Positions 48,712 through 59,142 of a stretch of DNA of 64,000 nt are shown in pieces; position 1 is the first letter of the stretch; every line of letters starts with the position of its first letter. The position numbers and the translations under genes were made by a program. The stretch spans positions 7,048 through 71,047 of the forward strand of contig CAVXGS010000003.1 in assembly GCA_963761535.1 (NCBI GenBank). Direction: 5' to 3'. Source of the stretch: an uncultured Coriobacteriales bacterium (GTDB lineage Bacteria; Actinomycetota; Coriobacteriia; Anaerosomatales; CAVXGS01). The notes beneath the pieces were generated by a model. It saw only the letters and a program-made list of their open reading frames with translations. It searched no databases and was not told where the DNA came from.

Positions 48712-51700
48712 ATGAAAGCCCTTCGGGTGATGTGCGCTGTCGCGATCGCGTGTGCGTTCGCTCTGGCGATGCCGATGAGCGCCATGGCGTTCAAGGTGCT
48801 CGATCCAAGCGACGAGCCGACGGCGAACGCGTACGGGCTGTGGTACGCCGGTGCAAAGCTCATGCGCGGCTGCCGAGTGCCACAAAGTCGATCTCGGACG
48901 TGCCGACGGTGCATGGCAACATGGTCACCGATGTCACGAAGGACGCCGCCGCCCTCATCCCCCAAGCGTCTACGTGGCCGTCGCGGCTGACGACGCTGGG
49001 CGAGCCTCTGGACGCGAGCGACGCGTACCTCCAGGTGGGCGACGACCTCGGCTTCCTCGAGTACGCAGGCTTCGGCGGCGCGTTCGCGCCGCTCAACCCG
49101 GCCGACGACCTGCCCCTGTGGGACCCGCTGGAGTGGCTGGTCGACGCAGCCTCCTGGACAGATACCCAGAGTCCGGTAGGCGCCCGCGCCTACAGCCAGA
49201 GCTGCTCCCCGTGCCACAACTTGGGCGTTACCCGGCCCTCCAATCAGACCTACGAGCTGGGCAACGGCTCGTCGATGGGCACGGATACCCCTTCGGGCGT
49301 CGTCGGGTTCAGCATCCAGTGTGAGGTGTGCCACGGCAGCGGGTCCGAGCCGACCGAAGGGTCGCGGCACAAGGAGGGCGTGCCCGCGGTGGTCGGAGGC
49401 ACGCAGATCCTGAAGGCTCAGGTATGCGGCCAGTGCCACGTGGGCGGTATGGCGGTCGCGAAGGGCGTGACCCAGAAGACGAAGGCCGCGTCTCGCCGCC
49501 GCTTTCGGCAACCCCAACGGCTACACGACCGACGAGAAGCTCTCGGACTACTTCGTTCCGTTCCCGAGCAAGGCGAGCGAAGAGCCGTCAGCTACCGTGT
49601 TCGACGCGTGGCTCGCCACGAACGGGACGGGCACGAAGCCCAAGTTCCTCCCCAACGGCGCGAACTTCTCGTTGCGCCACAGCTACTACAACGAATGGCT
49701 GCTCAACAAGGCCGACTCCCAGTACGGCGGGCAGTTCGGTCATGCCGATCCGGTCAACCACGCGGTGGAGACGTACTCGCCGTTCTTCGGCGACAAGTGC
49801 CTCGGCTGTCACTCCGGTCTCGGCTTCCTGAACCGGATCGGTGCGACCTACGCCACCGGCGCGAAGATCCAGACCGCGACACCCGATGTCGCGTACGTCA
49901 AGGCGAACGATCCGGGCATCTCGTGCCAGATCTGTCATCAGCGGCCACGTGGGCTACGACGACTTCGGCGGCTACGACTCCGCACGCAAGTGGGGCGCCG
50001 GCAGCGACCACGCAGGCAAGAAGGTCGACTGCGGTGACTGCCACAACTGGCAGTTCGAGGTGCTCGGCCAGGCGCTGCAGAGCGAGACGATCGGCGCCGA
50101 GGACTACTCCCGTCCCAGCAAGGACCAGCGCATCCGCCATCCCCAGCGCGAGATGGTCTCGGGCGGGCTGGGCGGCGAGGACGGCAGCGCCGGCCTGTGG
50201 GGTGTCGAGCCCACCGGCCCCGAGATGGGCAGCACCCAGTGCAGCGACTGCCACATGCCCCGCACGCACAAGGAGGGCATGCCCGCGGACGACGACGGAT
50301 CGCCCGAGGCGACCCGCCAGTCTCATCGGTTCCATCCGGTGCTTCCCGGCGACGCGAAGCAATGGAGACTGCGTCCCGGCGGTGACTCGTGCGTAGCCGA
50401 GTGCCACAAGGACGCGGGGCGCGATGAGTGGTCGCGCGACGAGTTCCAGGCGTGGGTCGACGAGGTGCAGGTCGCGGTCGACGCCAAGAGCGACGAGGCC
50501 TCGAGCGCGCTCGACTCCATTGCCGACGAGTACGGCCTGACCGACTGGATGGCCTTCGCCGCAGCCAAGCCCGCGGCGCCTGCTCCCGCGGCGTCGATCG
50601 GTGACGCGGAGTGGACGATGCTCCAGCGCGCGGCGCAGAACCTCGATTTCGTACTCAACGACGCGTCGCATGGCGTCCACAACGCTGCCTACGCGGAAGC
50701 CGGTCTGGACAAGGCGGTCTACTGGGGCAACGCGTACAACCCCGACTTCACCATCTCGGTGGATCCGGGCTACCGCAACGGCGTGGACGGCGTGGTGGTG
50801 GAGGGCTCGCTGCGCGGTCGCGACGGCGGCGTGCTTCACGACGGCACCGTCCTGCTCGAGGCGAGCTCCGACGGCGGGAACACGTGGGAGGTGCGCGGCT
50901 TCTGCCGACGCTTCGGCGACGGGCATCAGCCTTCCCAGCGGTCCCCTGTCAGGTGACATGAAGTTCAGGTTCACGATCTCGCCTGCCGAGGGCGTGAGCT
51001 ACTCGAGCATGCCCGTGGAGCTGAACGTCCCGAAGACGTCGATCGACCTCACGCCGACGGATGCATCGATGGGTTGGAACGATCTTCGCCAAGGTGGACG
51101 TCGCGCTCACGGCGACTCCCGCCGACGCGATCACCTTCTACGCGCTGAACGGCGCCGAGAACCTGATTCCGAGCATCTACACCGGCCCCTTCTCGGTGAC
51201 CGCGGACGGTGCAACGACCGTGACGTACTGGTCCATCAGCGAGAAGGGCTCCGAGGCGATCCACAACGTGCCGGTGCGGCTCGACCGCACGCTGCCGACG
51301 ATCTCGTCCGACGTGAAGCCGCTGTATGCCGAAACCGCGACGGTCAAGGTCGACGGGTGCCGATGCGAGCTCGCCGATCGACCAGGTCGAGTACTCGCTC
51401 GATGGTGGGCCGTGGGTCGCGGTGGACGCGGCCTCGGCATCGGTGAACGTGACAGCGCTCGGGGCGCACGTGCTGAAGGCACGGGCGACCGACTCGGCGG
51501 GGCACGTCTCGGCGGAGGGCTCGTGGGTCTTCTCGGTGAAGACGACGCCGACGCTCACCAGAACGCCGAACGTGAGCACGCTGATCAAGCGGCGGTACCA
51601 GACCCAGACCTTCAAGGTCACGGTCAGGCGCTCGAGCGGAGCGAGGATCGCCGGTAAGTACGTGTATCTGGAGCGCTCGACCAACGGCCGAACGTGGACC

Positions 51701-51853
51701 AGGTACGCGAGCATCAAGACGAATGGTTCCGGCGAGGCGTGGAAGACGATCCGGTTCAGCACGCGGGGCTACACCTGGTGGCGCTGGACGTCTCCGAAGG
51801 ACGCGTCGTACAACCTGGTCACCACCAAGTACACCAGGGTCACCGTGCGTTAG
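48712..51853 (+). pseudogene. Secreted multihaem c-type cytochrome (about 1,040 aa when reconstructed) with C-terminal Ig-like/surface domains. As given, it is split across three frames by seven single-base shifts.
   Basis: Signal peptide MKALRVMCAVAIACAFALAMPMSAMA. Haem motifs CAAAECH, CSPCH, CEVCH, CGQCH, CLGCH, CQICH, CGDCH, CSDCH, CVAECH. The reading frame moves 1>2>0>1>2>0>1>2 at about 48856, 48887, 49491, 49939, 50897, 51078 and 51355 (pieces of ORFs 48712, 48851, 48663, 49597, 49841, 50601, 51061, 51326). Confidence 0.8.
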
Positions 51854-51881
51854 GCCCGAGACCCCTTACGAGCTAGAGATC

Positions 51882-51915
51882 GAGTGCCCCCACCGGATTC
51901 GCGGCGGGGGCACTC
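51882..51915. terminator. Bidirectional hairpin between the cytochrome gene (+) and the LysE gene (-)
   Basis: 10-bp stem GAGTGCCCCC/GGGGGCACTC with an internally paired loop. Lies between convergent genes. Confidence 0.5.
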
Positions 51916-51938
51916 TCAGTCTGCGCTGCTGGTGCAGC

Positions 51939-52616
51939 TCACCACGGAATCCCGATGGCGCCGACTCCACTGACGAGGAACCGCGCGCCGAGCACGACGA
52001 GGAACGCGGCGAGCACGCCCATGACGATCCGGTAGACCCTCGGTGAGAGGAGGCCTCGTCCCCGAGACACCGCGAAGATCACGAACAGATACCAGGAGAT
52101 GTCGGCGAGCTGGTGGCCGATGAAGAACGCCACGACGCCGATGGGGCCGATTGCGAGCGCGTCGGCGGCGAGCTTGACGCCGATCGTCGCCCACCACAGG
52201 GTCCACCACGGGTTCGAGAGGCTCACGAGCGCGCCCTCGGCGATGGGCCCGGCCTTGGATTCCTTCACGGCTTCTTCCTCGGAGTGCTCGAGGTCGGCGA
52301 CGATCGAGCCAGTCCAGGCTCCCTTGCCGAGTCCGTAGGCCATCCAGAGCAAGACGGTCCCGCCCAGAAGCGACAGGGCGGTGGTCACAGTGGGTTGGCG
52401 CAGGAACAGGTCGAGTCCGAATGCGAAGCCGACCAGCAGCAAGGCCTCGAGGATCGCGTGTCCGACCAGCATGAGGCTCGCCGAAAGCGGTCCCTTGCGC
52501 ATCGTGCGGGCGATCGTGACGGTGAGGTAGGAGCCGGGCGACATCGCGCCGGACAGCCCGACCACGAAGGCGGCGACGCCGAGCTGTAGCGCCTGTGCGA
52601 GCTGCTCGCTGCTCAC
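51939..52616 (-). CDS. LysE/RhtB-family amino-acid exporter
   Basis: Last 225 codons of ORF 51939..53993. The GTG start overlaps the upstream stop (GTGA). About six hydrophobic segments and an N-terminal G..SPG motif. Confidence 0.8.
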   Translation of the reverse strand: MSSEQLAQALQLGVAAFVVGLSGAMSPGSYLTVTIARTMRKGPLSASLMLVGHAILEALLLVGFAFGLDLFLRQPTVTTALSLLGGTVLLWMAYGLGKGAWTGSIVADLEHSEEEAVKESKAGPIAEGALVSLSNPWWTLWWATIGVKLAADALAIGPIGVVAFFIGHQLADISWYLFVIFAVSRGRGLLSPRVYRIVMGVLAAFLVVLGARFLVSGVGAIGIPW

Positions 52617-53749
52617 CGAAGGAGGCGCTCGTAGCGCTCGAGCACGAGGTCGGCGGTGTGGGAGAGGTCGTAGCGGGCCGACTCGGTGCGCGCCTGCGTG
52701 CCGAGAGCGGTGCGCAGGCCGTGATCCCCGGCGACCCGCACCAGCCGCGAGGCGAGCTCGTCGACGTCGTCGGTGGGCGCGAGGAGCCCGGTGACGCCGT
52801 CCTCGACGGTGTCGGAGACGCCTGGGCCGATCACGCCGACGATCGGCAGCCCGGCGGCCATCGCTTCGAGCACGACGAGCGGGTGGACCTCGGAGACCGA
52901 TGCCGTCGCGAACACGTCCGCGGCCGCCTCGTAGTCGGGGATGCGGGAGTAGGGGACCATGCCGGTGAAACGGGCGCGCTCCGCAACGCCGGTCTCGGCG
53001 AGCACGTCCTCGAGCACCTCGCGAGAGGGGCCGTCGCCGATCACCAGCAGCCGCAGCGAGGGGACCTGCCGGGACGCGCGCGCGAATGCCTCGGCGAGGC
53101 GGACACTGTTCTTCTCGGGCGCGACGCGACCGACGTAGACGATCACCACGTCGTCGTCGGCGAAGCCGAGCGACGCGCGCGGGACGGGTGCGGCGGGATG
53201 CGCGAACGGGGCGGTGTCGACGCCGTTGGGGATGACCTCGACGCGGTCGCAGACCTCGAGCTCCGCGAGCCAATCGGCGATGCCCGGGGATGGGGAGATC
53301 ACGAGCTCGGCGCGGCTGTAGACCTCGCGCAGCGTCCGCTGGAGGAATGCGTAGCGCAGCGGGCGGGGCACGTAGCCGGCGTAGGCGTCGGAGTACAGGT
53401 CGTAGCGTGTGTGATTGGTGAACACGAGGGGGATGTCGGAGTCGGCGGCAAGCCGGATCGCGATGCGGCCCGATTGGAACGGGTGGTGGACGTGGAAGAC
53501 GTCCATCCGGGCGGCCGCCGCTTTCGCCTCCCGGCTGTGGTCGATCGCGAACTTCCACCCGGTGTCGCCCCAGGGGATTCCCGCGGATCGGTAGACGCAT
53601 GGCTCGTCGTCGGGGTAGTCGCGGTCCCCGAACGTGAACACGCACACCTCGTGGCCGAGTTCCTCGAACCGCCGCTTGTACAGCGCGATGTGGTTGGTCA
53701 CGCCGCTCGTATGCGGCTTGTACATGTCGCAGAACATGCCGATGCGCAC
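52613..53749 (-). CDS. GT4-family glycosyltransferase, resembling lipid (diacylglycerol) glucosyltransferases
   Basis: ORF 52613..53932, trimmed to GTG (VRIGMFCDMYKPHTSGVTNHI). GRVAPEKN and EAMAAGLPIV motifs of GT-B/GT4 enzymes. Confidence 0.83.
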   Translation of the reverse strand: MRIGMFCDMYKPHTSGVTNHIALYKRRFEELGHEVCVFTFGDRDYPDDEPCVYRSAGIPWGDTGWKFAIDHSREAKAAAARMDVFHVHHPFQSGRIAIRLAADSDIPLVFTNHTRYDLYSDAYAGYVPRPLRYAFLQRTLREVYSRAELVISPSPGIADWLAELEVCDRVEVIPNGVDTAPFAHPAAPVPRASLGFADDDVVIVYVGRVAPEKNSVRLAEAFARASRQVPSLRLLVIGDGPSREVLEDVLAETGVAERARFTGMVPYSRIPDYEAAADVFATASVSEVHPLVVLEAMAAGLPIVGVIGPGVSDTVEDGVTGLLAPTDDVDELASRLVRVAGDHGLRTALGTQARTESARYDLSHTADLVLERYERLLR

Positions 53750-53925
53750 GTGAAACGTACCTTCCGAGAGACCGGGGCTGCGCGGCGTCGCGCACACCTC
53801 GAAGTGCGGCGGGCGCAAGCTTTGGATACAGTACCAAAGCGCGTCGCGGCTGCCGGGGCAGCGTCCTCGGCATCGGTGAGGACCCTCGGCGCGTACGAGA
53901 ACGCACGACCGAGGAGACCTGAAAG

Positions 53926-54990
53926 ATGGCACTGTCGATCGGTATCGTCGGACTGCCCAACGTGGGCAAGTCGACGCTGTTCACCGCGCTCACCCGAAAC
54001 GTCGTCGACGCCGCGAACTACCCCTTCGCCACGATCGAGCCCAACGTCGGGGTCGTCGCGGTTCCCGATGCCCGTCTCTACAAGCTCGCCGAGATGGTCC
54101 ACCCCGAGAAGATCGTGCCGGCGACCGTCGAGTTCGTCGACATCGCCGGGCTCGTGCGCGGCGCCAACGAGGGGGAGGGCCTGGGCAACCAGTTCCTCGC
54201 GAACATCCGCGAGTGCGATGCGATCGCCGAGGTCGTGCGGTTCTTCGGCGACGAGAACGTGATCCACGTCGACGGCAAGGTCGACCCGGAAAGCGACGTC
54301 GACACGATCAAGACCGAACTCGTGCTCGCGGACCTGGGCACGATCGATCGCGCGCTGCCTCGCCTGGAGAAGGACGCCAAGCGCGACGCGGCGATCGCGG
54401 CGAAGGTGGAGCTCGTGAAGCGGCTGCGGGCGTGGATGGACGAGGGCCACCGCGCGCGGACGATGCAGATGAGCGACGAGGACCGCGCCGCGCTTCGCGA
54501 CCTGCACCTGCTGACGATGAAGCCGATGCTCTACGTCGCGAACGTCGACGAGGACCAGGCGGCCGCGGACCTGCCCGAGATCGACGGGGTCAAGCCGATT
54601 CCGATCTCGGCGAAGATCGAGGCGGAGCTGGCCGATCTGGAGCCGGAGGAGGGTGCCGAGTACCTCTCCGAGCTGGGTCTGGCCGAGCCGGGTCTGAACG
54701 CTCTGATCCGCGAGGCGTACGGGCTGCTCGGCCTGCAGAGCTACTTCACCGCCGGGCCGAAGGAGGTCCGCGCGTGGACCGTGCGCGTGGGCGCGACGGC
54801 GCCTGAGGCCGCCGGCGTCATCCACACCGACTTCGAGCGCGGCTTCATCAAGGCCGAGGTGATCTCGTTCGACGACTACGTCGAGCACGGCGGCGAGCAG
54901 GGCGCCAAGTCGGCGGGCAAGATGCGGCTCGAGGGCAAGGAGTACGTCGTCAGGGACGGCGACGTCGTCCACTTCAAGTTCAACGTGTAG
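53926..54990 (+). CDS. ychF: Ribosome-binding ATPase YchF
   Basis: [21 protein letters not shown]-terminal TGS domain. 354 aa. Confidence 0.95.
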   Translation: MALSIGIVGLPNVGKSTLFTALTRNVVDAANYPFATIEPNVGVVAVPDARLYKLAEMVHPEKIVPATVEFVDIAGLVRGANEGEGLGNQFLANIRECDAIAEVVRFFGDENVIHVDGKVDPESDVDTIKTELVLADLGTIDRALPRLEKDAKRDAAIAAKVELVKRLRAWMDEGHRARTMQMSDEDRAALRDLHLLTMKPMLYVANVDEDQAAADLPEIDGVKPIPISAKIEAELADLEPEEGAEYLSELGLAEPGLNALIREAYGLLGLQSYFTAGPKEVRAWTVRVGATAPEAAGVIHTDFERGFIKAEVISFDDYVEHGGEQGAKSAGKMRLEGKEYVVRDGDVVHFKFNV

Positions 54991-55009
54991 CGGCCGGACC
55001 GAAGCCGCC

Positions 55010-55851
55010 GTGCTGACCGCCGCTGATCGCCACGCTTGGTGCCGCCTTGTTCGGCGCCGCGGACTTCCTGGGCGGGCTTGCCGCGCGCAAGGCCCCCGCC
55101 CTGGCGGTCACGGTGAACTCGCAGGCGGTCGGGTTCGTCGTGCTGGTGGCTGGCATCGCTGGTCGTGGGATGGTCGGGCGACATCAGGGCGCCGTTGGGG
55201 TGGGGCGTGGTTGCCGGCGTTTGCGGCGGCATCGGCGTGCTGTCCCTCTACGCCGGGCTGGCGACGGGGCGGATGAGCGTGGTGGCCCCGGTGACCGCCG
55301 CGCTGTCGGGCTCGGTGCCGGCGATCGTGGATTTCGCTCGCGGTACCACCGTCGGCCCCTTCGCGCTCGCCGGCATCGTGCTCGCCTTCGTCGCGATCGT
55401 GATCGTGAGCGTCAGCGGGCACGACCAGACCTCCGAGAGCGCGTGGCGGGCGCTCGGATTCGCCCTGATCGCCGGTACCGCGTTCGCCGGTTCGATCCTG
55501 AGCTACGCCCAGACCCCGCAGACGAGCGGCCTGTGGCCGCTCGCGGTCGCTCGCCTTACCGCCGTGGCCATGCTCTCGGTGGCGGCTCTCGTCACTCGCC
55601 GGTCGCTCCGGCTGCACGGTGAGGGCGCGCGTCTCGCCGTGTTCGCCGGTGCCGTCGACGCCGCGGCGAACACGGCCGTGGTGACCGCACTGCGCCTCGG
55701 GCCGGTGGCGGTGGCCAGCGTGCTCGCAGCGCTCTACCCGGTGGGGACCGTTGTGCTCGCCCGCGTGGTGCTGCACGAGCACGTGCGAGGCTGGCAGCGG
55801 GTCGGGATCGCGCTCGCGCTCGTCGCGGTCGTGCTCACCGCGATACCCTGA
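55010..55851 (+). pseudogene. EamA/DMT-family transporter, apparently disrupted by two single-base shifts
   Basis: GTG 55010 (VLTAA) shifts to frame 0 at about 55022 (LIATLGAALFGAADFLGGLAARK...). It shifts again to frame 1 somewhere in 55160-55200 (ORF 55165..55851, polytopic, ...ASVLAALYPVGTVVLARVVLHE). Confidence 0.7.
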
Positions 55852-55867
55852 CCGCTCCCGCGAAGGG

Positions 55868-55899
55868 CTAGAGCCGCGAGGACTAGAGCCGCGAGGACT
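55868..55899. repeat. Perfect 15-bp tandem duplication (CTAGAGCCGCGAGGA x2.1) covering the amidase stop codon
   Basis: Read directly. On the minus strand it encodes ...SSRL*SSRL*. Confidence 0.9.
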
Positions 55900-57507
55900 T
55901 CGCCAGGCTGCGATCTATGCGCGGGTCGAGGCTCGACCGGGTTCCCACGAGCGTGAACCCCAGCAGGGTGCCTCGGCGGTTGGTGACGAACCAGCGGACG
56001 GGCGTCGGGAGCTTCCGGCCGTCCAGGAGCAGGAGCGGCTGCCCGGTACGCGCGGCGTGCGTCGCCGCCACGACGGCGGTCGCGGGGTCGTTCGCGTTCG
56101 CGACGACGGGCCGAATGCGCCCGCTCCACGTGCGCGCGGTCCAGGCGTTGTTCCACCACGCGTTCTCGGCGACGATCCGTGTGACCGTCGCGCTCGGAGG
56201 CAGGATGGACGATCCCGCAGCTCCGACGGCAAGGACCGTCGGCGTCGCCGCTATCGACTCAGGACCGAGCGAGGTCTGACCGGGATCCACCAGCACCGGT
56301 CCGCCGGCCCGTGCCGCCCACGTCGCGGCCGATAGCTGGTCGGCCAGAGGACGCGCCGGGGCGAGGGCGAGCCGGGGGGACGGGCCGAAGAATCGCCGGG
56401 CGACGGCCGCTGAAGCGGCGGCGGCGTCGCCGTCGATCCGCTCCACGAGCGCGTCAGGCCCCGCGGCGTCGATCGCAGCCGATGCGACGGAGGAGTCCAC
56501 GGCCGACTCGGAGCCCAACACGACGATACGTGACGGCTTCAGCCGCGCGAGCTCGGTCGCCGTGCTCGTGGGCAGCAGCGAGCTTCGCGTCAGCAGCAGC
56601 GGGGCGTCGAGCTTGACGGCGAGCGGTGCGGCGACGACCGCCAGCTCCGGCGAGTCCGCCGAGGCGAGCAGGACGGTGGCGGCGCCGGTCGCATCGAGGG
56701 CCCGCGACGACGCGACTGCGACGTCCTCGGGCAGCTCGCCGCTCAACCGCGGGTAGATGGGCACGGGGGCGTCGGTGGCGCGCCACCGAGCGATGCCGTC
56801 GGCGATACCCAGAGCGATGCGACGGCGAAACGCCGGCTGCCGCAACAGCGCGGCGTCGCGAGGGCTCGTGATGAAGCCGCCCTCCACCAGCACCGCCGGC
56901 ATGTTCGACCATCGAAGAACGTAGAAGTCGGCCGTCTTCACCCTGCGATCCGGCAGGTGGGTCCGCGCGAGGATGGCCGCGTGGACCAGGCGAGCAAGAC
57001 GCCTGCCCTCGGGGTCCTTCGGCGAGCCGAAGCTCTCCGTGCCGCGGGCGGCCCTGCTCACCGAGCCGTTGTTGTGGATCGAGACGTAGAGGTCGGCACC
57101 CGCGGCGTTCGCGCGGTCGACCTTGCCCTGCAACTCGTCTCTGGGGATCGAGTTCCAGACTCCTCGGTGGCCGTCCTTCGCAAAGCCCCATGCCTGGGTC
57201 CGCGTCGCTCCAGTTCCAGGTCCTGATGTCGCGAAGCTCCACGTCGTAGTCCGACGAGCGGACCATGAGGACGCGATACCCACGCGCGAGAAGGATACGG
57301 CGCAGCTCGTAGGCGATCGCGAGGTTGACGTTCTTCTCCCGCAGCCCGTTCGCGTTCGCGTTCGAGTACGGCCCGCCGTGTCCGGCATCGATGGCGACGA
57401 GCGGAGCCGCGATGCTGGCGGGGGCCGGCAGCGCCTGCGCGAGAGAGCGCGACCGTAGCGACGAGCCCGACGGCGACGAGCACCCTGGCGACGGTCCGGA
57501 CATGCAC
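55883..57507 (-). pseudogene. N-acetylmuramoyl-L-alanine amidase (Amidase_3) with three C-terminal CWB2-type cell-wall-binding repeats, disrupted by two single-base shifts
   Basis: Signal-like N-terminus VHVRTVARVLVAVGLVATVAL (ORF 57058..57534). The frame shifts at about 57444 to LAQALPAPASIAAPLVAIDAGHGG (ORF 56454..57503). It shifts again at about 57197 to AWGFAKDGH...ADLYVSIHNNG...VLVEGGFITS and the repeats (ORF 55883..57544). Confidence 0.8.
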
Positions 57508-57679
57508 GAGGCGACCCTCTCGGTAGAGGTGCAATGGAGCGCACCTATGCCCGACGCCAGGCCCGTCGGTACGCCTACTTCTGTTGACGGCTGATCCGGC
57601 GGCCGACTTGAGCCCGGGTTGTCGTGACTATCACCGTTCGAACCGCTCCCATCACATCCGAGCGGCCACCCTCGGCGGG

Positions 57680-57708
57680 TTCACGAAGCGACACCGCTGG
57701 GCTAGACT
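57680..57708 (+). promoter_or_regulatory. Putative promoter (TTCACG-17 nt-TAGACT) giving a ~225-nt leader for guaB3-like/guaA
   Basis: Hexamers read from the sequence. The leader contains the hairpin CCGCCCTCG-TTC-GAGGGCGG. Confidence 0.35.
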
Positions 57709-57932
57709 GTTCCGAACCGGGTCGCAGCATCTCCGCCCTCGTTCGAGGGCGGCTCATCGCAGCACTTCATCGGACCAGGCAGCGCGCCGGTTGTTCAGGC
57801 GCTCAGAATGCCTGGTCTCGTCGCATCCGGAGTCGGCAGCGTGCCGCATCGGGTACACGAGTTGGCGGTTCGGGAGTCACAGTCGTCGTCGCCCACGCAG
57901 GGCGTGAGGGTTCGAGGAGGCGCTCAGAACTT

Positions 57933-59106
57933 ATGGAGATCGAGATCGGACGGGGCAAGACCGCTCGGCGTGCGTACGGGTTCGACGACATCGCGATCGT
58001 GCCGTCTCGGCGGACGCGCGACCCCCGCGACGTGGACATCCACTGGGAGTTCACCTTCCGCGGCAAGGCGTTCAGCTTCCCGTTGCCCTGTCTCGCCTCG
58101 GCGATGGACGGCGTGGTCGATCCCTCGTTCGCGGTGACCATGGGCAAGCTCGGCGGACTGGCCGTGCTGAACCTCGAGGGCATCCAGACCCGCTATGACG
58201 ATCCCGCTCCGATGCTCGACAAGATCGCGTCGTTCGGTCCCGAGACAGGCGACCCGTGAGATGCAGGAGATCTACAAGGAGCCGGTCAAGGCCGAGCTCA
58301 TCACCGAGCGGATCAAGGCGATCAAGGACGGCGGCGTCATCGCCGCCGCGTCGCTGACCCCGCAGAACGTCGAGCGCTACATCGAGCCCGCGCTCGCCGG
58401 CGGCCTCGACATCCTCATCATCCAGGGCACCGTCGTCTCTGCCGAGCACGTCTCGAGCTTCGACAAGCCGCTCGACCTCAACGCGTTCGTTCGCGATCTC
58501 GACATCCCGTCGATCATCGGCGGCTGCTGCAGCTACCAGGGCGCGCTGCACCTGATGCGCGCCGGCGCGGTCGGCGTCCTCGTGGGTGTCGGTCCCGGCC
58601 ACGCGTGCACCTCGCGCCGCGTGCTGGGCATCGGCGTCCCGCAGGCCACCGCGATCGCCGATGCGGCCGCGGCCCGCCTGCGCCACATCGACGAGACCGG
58701 CCAGTACTGCCACGTCATCGCCGACGGCGGCATGCGTACCGGTGGCGACGTCGCGAAGGCGATCGCCGTCGGTGCCGACGCGGTCATGATCGGCTCCCCG
58801 CTCGCCGGTGCTGCCGAGGCGCCCGGTCGCGGCTACCACTGGGGCATGGCGACCTTCCACCCCGAGCTTCCGCGCGGCACCCGTGTCTTCGCCGGCAACA
58901 GGGGCTCGCTCGAGGACATCCTCACCGGCCCGGCGCACGAGAACGACGGCACGCTGAACCTGTTCGGCGGTCTGCGCACCTCGATGGCGACCTGCGGCTA
59001 CGAGAACCTCAAGACGTTCCAGAAGGCCGAGGTCATGGTCGCACCGTCGCTCCAGACCGAGGGCAAGGTGCTCCAGCAGCAGCAGCGCGTGGGAATGGGC
59101 CGCTAG
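57933..59106 (+). pseudogene. guaB3: GuaB3-type IMP-dehydrogenase-related protein (no CBS insert), disrupted by one single-base shift near 58245
   Basis: MEIEIGRGKTARRAYGFDDIAIVPSRRTR... (ORF 57624..58259, from ATG 57933) stops at ...FGPETGDP*. The next frame continues ATREMQEIYKEPVK...[17 protein letters not shown]... (ORF 58195..59106). Confidence 0.85.
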
Positions 59107-59142
59107 GCCGCCCTCGGCCAGCGATCCGAGTCGGCAGCCGAC

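Noticed and set aside
51939-53993. 684-aa minus-strand ORF covering the LysE and GT4 region.
   Set aside because: Only the last 225 codons (LysE-family, from GTG at 52616) look coding. The remainder is the shadow frame of the GT4 gene, which is read convincingly in ORF 52613..53932.
57349-57366. Hexanucleotide tandem GTTCGC x2.8 inside the amidase gene, and the GAGCGC/GACCGC repeats at the 3' end of rpsC (about 8865-8895).
   Set aside because: These are short, in-frame, low-complexity coding repeats (NANAN; [10 protein letters not shown]). They are not CRISPR, not a mobile-element terminus, and have no regulatory context.
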